A stretch of DNA of 64,000 nucleotides. Source: an uncultured Nitrospiraceae bacterium. GTDB lineage: Bacteria; Nitrospirota; Thermodesulfovibrionia; Thermodesulfovibrionales; SM23-35. A program made the translations under genes and the position numbers. The stretch spans positions 160,001-224,000 of the forward strand of contig CAVSHB010000002.1 of the NCBI GenBank assembly GCA_963727775.1. Direction: 5' to 3'. Positions 60,873 through 64,000 of the stretch are shown here, in pieces (position 1 is the first letter of the stretch; each line of letters begins with the position of its first letter). The notes beneath the pieces are model-generated. The model saw only the letters and a list, made by a program, of their open reading frames with translations, ran no database searches and was not told the origin of the DNA.

Positions 60873-61853
60873 TCTGGAGCGAGCGGTTAATCGTGGTCGC
60901 GGACGCAAGGTGCATCGCATCCCAAGCCGTATCGGAGTGGATGAGAAGTCCATTGCGAAGGGACACAAATACGAGTCTCTGGTTTACGATCTTGATGCAG
61001 GGACTGTTGAGTTTGTATGGGATGATCGTGGCCAGGAAAGTCTTGAAAGCTATTACCGGCAGTTTAGCAAGGAAGAACTGTCTGACGTTAAAGCTGTGGC
61101 AATGGACATGTGGGACCCGTATATTGCGGCTACAAAAGCTTATGTACCTGGTGCGGAAAGGAAGATCGTCTTTGATCGTTTTCATGTGATGAAGCATGTT
61201 CTGGCTGCGGTGGATGAGGTCAGAAAGAGAGAACATCGTGAACTTTCGGAGTGCGGAGAGCAAACTTTGAAGGGAACCAGATATCTGTGGTTGTGGAGCG
61301 AGGAGAATATTCCATCGTGGCGACGTGGAGAGTTTGAGGCATTGCGAGCCAAAGACTTGCAGATATGCCGGGCGTGGGCTATAAAAGAGAACCTTCGGCA
61401 TCTGTGGGAGTATCGGTATGAGGCCCATATGAGAAACTATTTCAAGCGCTGGTATTTTTGGGCAACTCATTCTCGACTTGAGCCTATTAAGAAAGCGGCT
61501 AAGACGGTTAAGTCCCATATAGACAATATCGTTACTTACGCACGGCATCGCATTACCAACGCCTTGGGCAAGGCAATCAACGGCAAGATTGAGAAAGTTA
61601 AACGAATGGCTTGTGGTTTTCGCAATCGCTCCCATTATAGAACCGCCATTTATTTTCATTGCGGCGGACTGGACTTGTTTCCCAAACCGCCTGCTCAACC
61701 AACACTATGCTTTCGAGCAACTTAAACACTATCTGTTGGGGGTATCCATTAAAATGTCTGTTCCGGCAAATAATTAAGAAGCTTTATCTCTAAAACCTGT
61801 TCAATGCACTTGCAAGGGAATCGAAAAATACATTAGAATCAATCTTATAATTT

Positions 61854-61928
61854 GCCGGTGTAGCTCAGAGGCAGAGCAGCTGATTCGTAATCAGCAGGTC
61901 GTCGGTTCAACTCCGACCACCGGCTCCA
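61854..61928 (+). tRNA. tRNA-Thr (anticodon CGT)
   Basis: GCCGGTG/CACCGGC acceptor stem, GCTGA-TTCGTAA-TCAGC anticodon arm, GTCGG-TTCAACT-CCGAC T-arm, encoded CCA. Confidence 0.96.
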
Positions 61929-61984
61929 ATTTTTCTTTTATAATTCATGCAGTTAGACATAGCCTAAAAATCACGCTGTAAGCC

Positions 61985-62016
61985 GTTCTAAAATTGTTCT
62001 AAAATTGTTCTAAAAT
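61985..62016 (+). repeat. Three tandem 11-bp repeats (candidate integrase arm-type sites)
   Basis: GTTCTAAAATT GTTCTAAAATT GTTCTAAAAT. Confidence 0.8.
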
Positions 62017-62087
62017 CCAGAGATTCCGCGTCAGCTGCTCCGTGAAAAATAGATTTCAGATTTTCGCGGTTTCCTTATAGGATGAGG

Positions 62088-63245
62088 TTAAAATTTTTCG
62101 GGGCAAAAACGGGACAAAGCCCTACCACAAACCACGGTATCAGTCCCAGTAGGGTGAGTGTATATCTCGTTGGCTTGGTTCGTCTCGTGCCCGGTCATGG
62201 CACGACGCTTGTCGGCGCTGATGTTGGCATCCTTTAGGAGCGTGTTTGCCAAGTGTCTAATCTCCTTGAATTTAAACTGCGGCACACCGTTCTCGTCCAG
62301 ATACCCCGCCTTGTCCAGAGCGTTCCCCCACATGCTACGGAAGTGACTGTAGGGAACCCACCCTTTTGGCGACGCATGGCAAATGAGCCATGGGCTGAGT
62401 TCACGCCGATTTATTTTAAGATGTTCCAGGAAAGCCATAAAAGTAGGGTTCTCTGAATAGTCGATGACGATCGGTTTATCGGTTTTCTGACGTAAGAATG
62501 ATACGCGCTGCTTCTTCATATCAAAATCTGTCCATTTAAGGCTCTTCACTTCGTTCTCATGCTGGACGAGATGGAAGGCCAGCATGATTGCTCTCTTCAG
62601 CATCGGAGCGGCAAAAGGATAAATTTTTTTAAACAGGACTTCCTCTTCAAGCCTCAAGTTGTGTTTCTTCTCTTTGAACTTTTTTATTCCATCCGCTGGG
62701 TTGATATTTATATAGCCTTCATCTTTAGCAAACTGCAATATTACATGTAAGAGGGCAAGCCTCCTGTTTGCCTCATATGGTGTTTTTTTCAAAGATCGAT
62801 GGTACCTGATGATTTCTTGCCTGCTGATTTTAGAGGTAGGTTTATTGTTGAATTTCTTTTTAAGTTCTCCAGACATGCGTAGATAATTTCTGTTGGTGCT
62901 ATCAGCAAGTGTCTTGGCGTCCTCATCGGCAGTCGCTTCGGTATCATTCTGAACTTCATCTTTAAAATACTGTTCTACGAGTGCGGAAAAGGCTATTGTC
63001 CTCTTATTGGTTCTTTCAATCTTTGAGATATCAAATCCCAATTCTTGGTTCAGATGGGCCTCTATCTCGGCCCATCTCCGCAAAGCTACACTCTCATCTT
63101 GCGTCCTTAGCGCGAACCATTTCGGTGGGCAGGCTTCTTCCACGACCCGGACGTAGTAAAACCAACCTTTTTTTAATATAAGGTGTCTCGGGTAATGCTT
63201 ATTAAATTTCCTTTTCCTTCCCATCCTTAAAGAATTATATTTCAT
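62088..63245 (-). CDS. Tyrosine recombinase / phage integrase
   Basis: Arm-binding-like N-terminus, ANRRLALL...NPA core, RQKT, FKEIRH, MTGH, IY; the Arg-I position reads QHENE. Confidence 0.85.
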   Translation of the reverse strand: MKYNSLRMGRKRKFNKHYPRHLILKKGWFYYVRVVEEACPPKWFALRTQDESVALRRWAEIEAHLNQELGFDISKIERTNKRTIAFSALVEQYFKDEVQNDTEATADEDAKTLADSTNRNYLRMSGELKKKFNNKPTSKISRQEIIRYHRSLKKTPYEANRRLALLHVILQFAKDEGYININPADGIKKFKEKKHNLRLEEEVLFKKIYPFAAPMLKRAIMLAFHLVQHENEVKSLKWTDFDMKKQRVSFLRQKTDKPIVIDYSENPTFMAFLEHLKINRRELSPWLICHASPKGWVPYSHFRSMWGNALDKAGYLDENGVPQFKFKEIRHLANTLLKDANISADKRRAMTGHETNQANEIYTHPTGTDTVVCGRALSRFCPEKF

Positions 63246-63492
63246 CCTGGTCTCCGTTTGCCAATTTTTTTATGTTATCGATAATATTCTGTGCTACGTT
63301 ATCATCGCTGGATATGGAGACATACCACCGCCCGAAGATCTTCTTGACCCTGCCTGCAAGCGGACCACGATTGTGGAAATAGGCTTCGGTTGCCCAAAAG
63401 TGAATAGTGCTTTTGGGGGTCATCGGGAACTCAATCCCGCAATATTTCTGTAATGGTATTGTTGCCAAAGTTTTAGTGGTGGATTCCTTCAT
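63235..63492 (-). CDS. Small hypothetical protein, possible excisionase
   Basis: 85 aa overlapping the integrase start; STIHFW...KKIFGRWYV is wing-like. Confidence 0.5.
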   Translation of the reverse strand: MKESTTKTLATIPLQKYCGIEFPMTPKSTIHFWATEAYFHNRGPLAGRVKKIFGRWYVSISSDDNVAQNIIDNIKKLANGDQDEI

Positions 63493-64000
63493 TTTTGAAT
63501 TTGTTAAATTTCTGAGACATCTTACTTGAAAACTCCCATAATTCTTCTATCGTATTTATTGCCTCTTTTTTTTGTTTGTCACTGAGTTCATCGAACAAAT
63601 CCATCAGCTTATGCCCGATTGGCATAAGCTCTCGTTTAGCAGCCCATCTGAATCTTTTGATGAAACTTTCTATATTGTCGCCTATATTTTTGGATTTCTT
63701 TTGACAAATTTCGTTGTAAATTGCGTTTATGGATGCTCCAGTTTCCAAACGCTTTTTTTGGCCTTCAGAGGCGCTTCTAAAGATGCGATCTGCTCTCGCA
63801 ACCGTATCAGATGAAACGCCAGCAATTTTGGAGAGTTCCTTGTTAGTATCGATAGGGTGAATCGCCTTTTCAGAATTCTGACAAAGCGATTTTCCGGGTG
63901 CGGTCTGTCCGTGCCCCTGGTTTTTCTTGGCCTTCTCCCCATAAAGGTGCTTCAACTGAAGAGCTAACTTTATACGTGTTAATGGATCCAAGTTTCGGCG
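63473..64000 (-). CDS. ParB-like / HTH phage protein (5' partial)
   Basis: Frame open to the window edge (RRNLDPLTRIKLAL...); HTH-like ELSKIAGVSSDTVAR; RRNL commonly follows ParB-N domains. Confidence 0.6.
   Translation of the reverse strand, partial: RRNLDPLTRIKLALQLKHLYGEKAKKNQGHGQTAPGKSLCQNSEKAIHPIDTNKELSKIAGVSSDTVARADRIFRSASEGQKKRLETGASINAIYNEICQKKSKNIGDNIESFIKRFRWAAKRELMPIGHKLMDLFDELSDKQKKEAINTIEELWEFSSKMSQKFNKFKNEGIHH

Larger units (their letters stand above)
58607..61725 (+). pseudogene. ISL3-family transposase interrupted by an IS1634-like insertion
   Basis: N-part 58607-59026 (CPECG, RVNCPTHGVKQ) and C-part 60877-61725 (GVDEKS, VAMDMW, IVFDRFHV, INGKI, GFRN) join in frame (WNAL|ERAVNRG) to 422 aa. 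Confidence 0.92.
61929..64000. mobile_element. Edge of a prophage/integrative element inserted at tRNA-Thr
   Basis: Integrase points toward the tRNA 3' end, with tandem repeats between them; small Xis-like and ParB-like ORFs lie upstream. Confidence 0.8.

Noticed and set aside
58562..61790. Terminal inverted repeats of the ISL3 element
   Set aside because: A plausible left end (GGGTTCTTC, ~58562) has no clear right-hand partner, so boundaries are not called
61985..62016. Possible CRISPR array
   Set aside because: The 11-bp repeats are contiguous with no spacers, and there are no cas genes; I saw no CRISPR array anywhere in the window
1634..63942. Numerous antisense or alternate-frame ORFs in the track (e.g. 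1634-2047, 27168-27956, 39702-40466, 45765-46667, 60856-61698)
   Set aside because: They shadow well-supported genes and carry no recognisable motifs

Overview
Bacterial chromosomal window, mostly housekeeping genes. Gene content and protein style suggest Nitrospirota (Thermodesulfovibrionia-like) or a Desulfobacterota-like lineage; this is inference only. Left to right: a chemosensory cluster (DUF4388/GAF protein, CheY, CheA, an ExeA-type AAA ATPase, partial CheW); rpsU and an RRM protein; hisH, folK, dapL; a sigma54 module (histidine kinase, NtrC-family regulator, secreted target); a Phd/RelE toxin-antitoxin pair; livHMGF; acyP; recN, ferredoxin, ROK kinase; lepB; ribE-ribBA-ribH-nusB; uppS-cdsA-dxr-rseP; NUDIX and rfaE2; an FGE-fold lipoprotein; hisD; a ~2.5 kb decayed accessory patch; HD-GYP; a Sfum_1244/DsrS-like gene; truA; dnaJ-hspR-clpB; DHH-rbfA-infB; rpmB and DUF721; tig-clpP-clpX; Usp; polA; DUF4912; a sigma54-driven OprO/P-type porin; an ISL3 element interrupted by an IS1634-family element (13-bp TIRs, TCTG target duplication); tRNA-Thr(CGT); and the edge of an integrated element (tyrosine integrase, small Xis-like ORF, partial ParB-like gene). 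I see no CRISPR array or rRNA. I cannot prove a wholly new system. The best leads are: (i) degenerate, often inverted heptamer arrays that also sit in frame inside proteins; (ii) many apparently leaderless genes; (iii) two sigma54 promoters with candidate enhancers, one separated from its promoter by a structured GC-rich insert; (iv) the ExeA-containing che cluster; (v) an integrase with non-canonical catalytic residues; (vi) an FGE-fold protein with a triple-CxxC insert.
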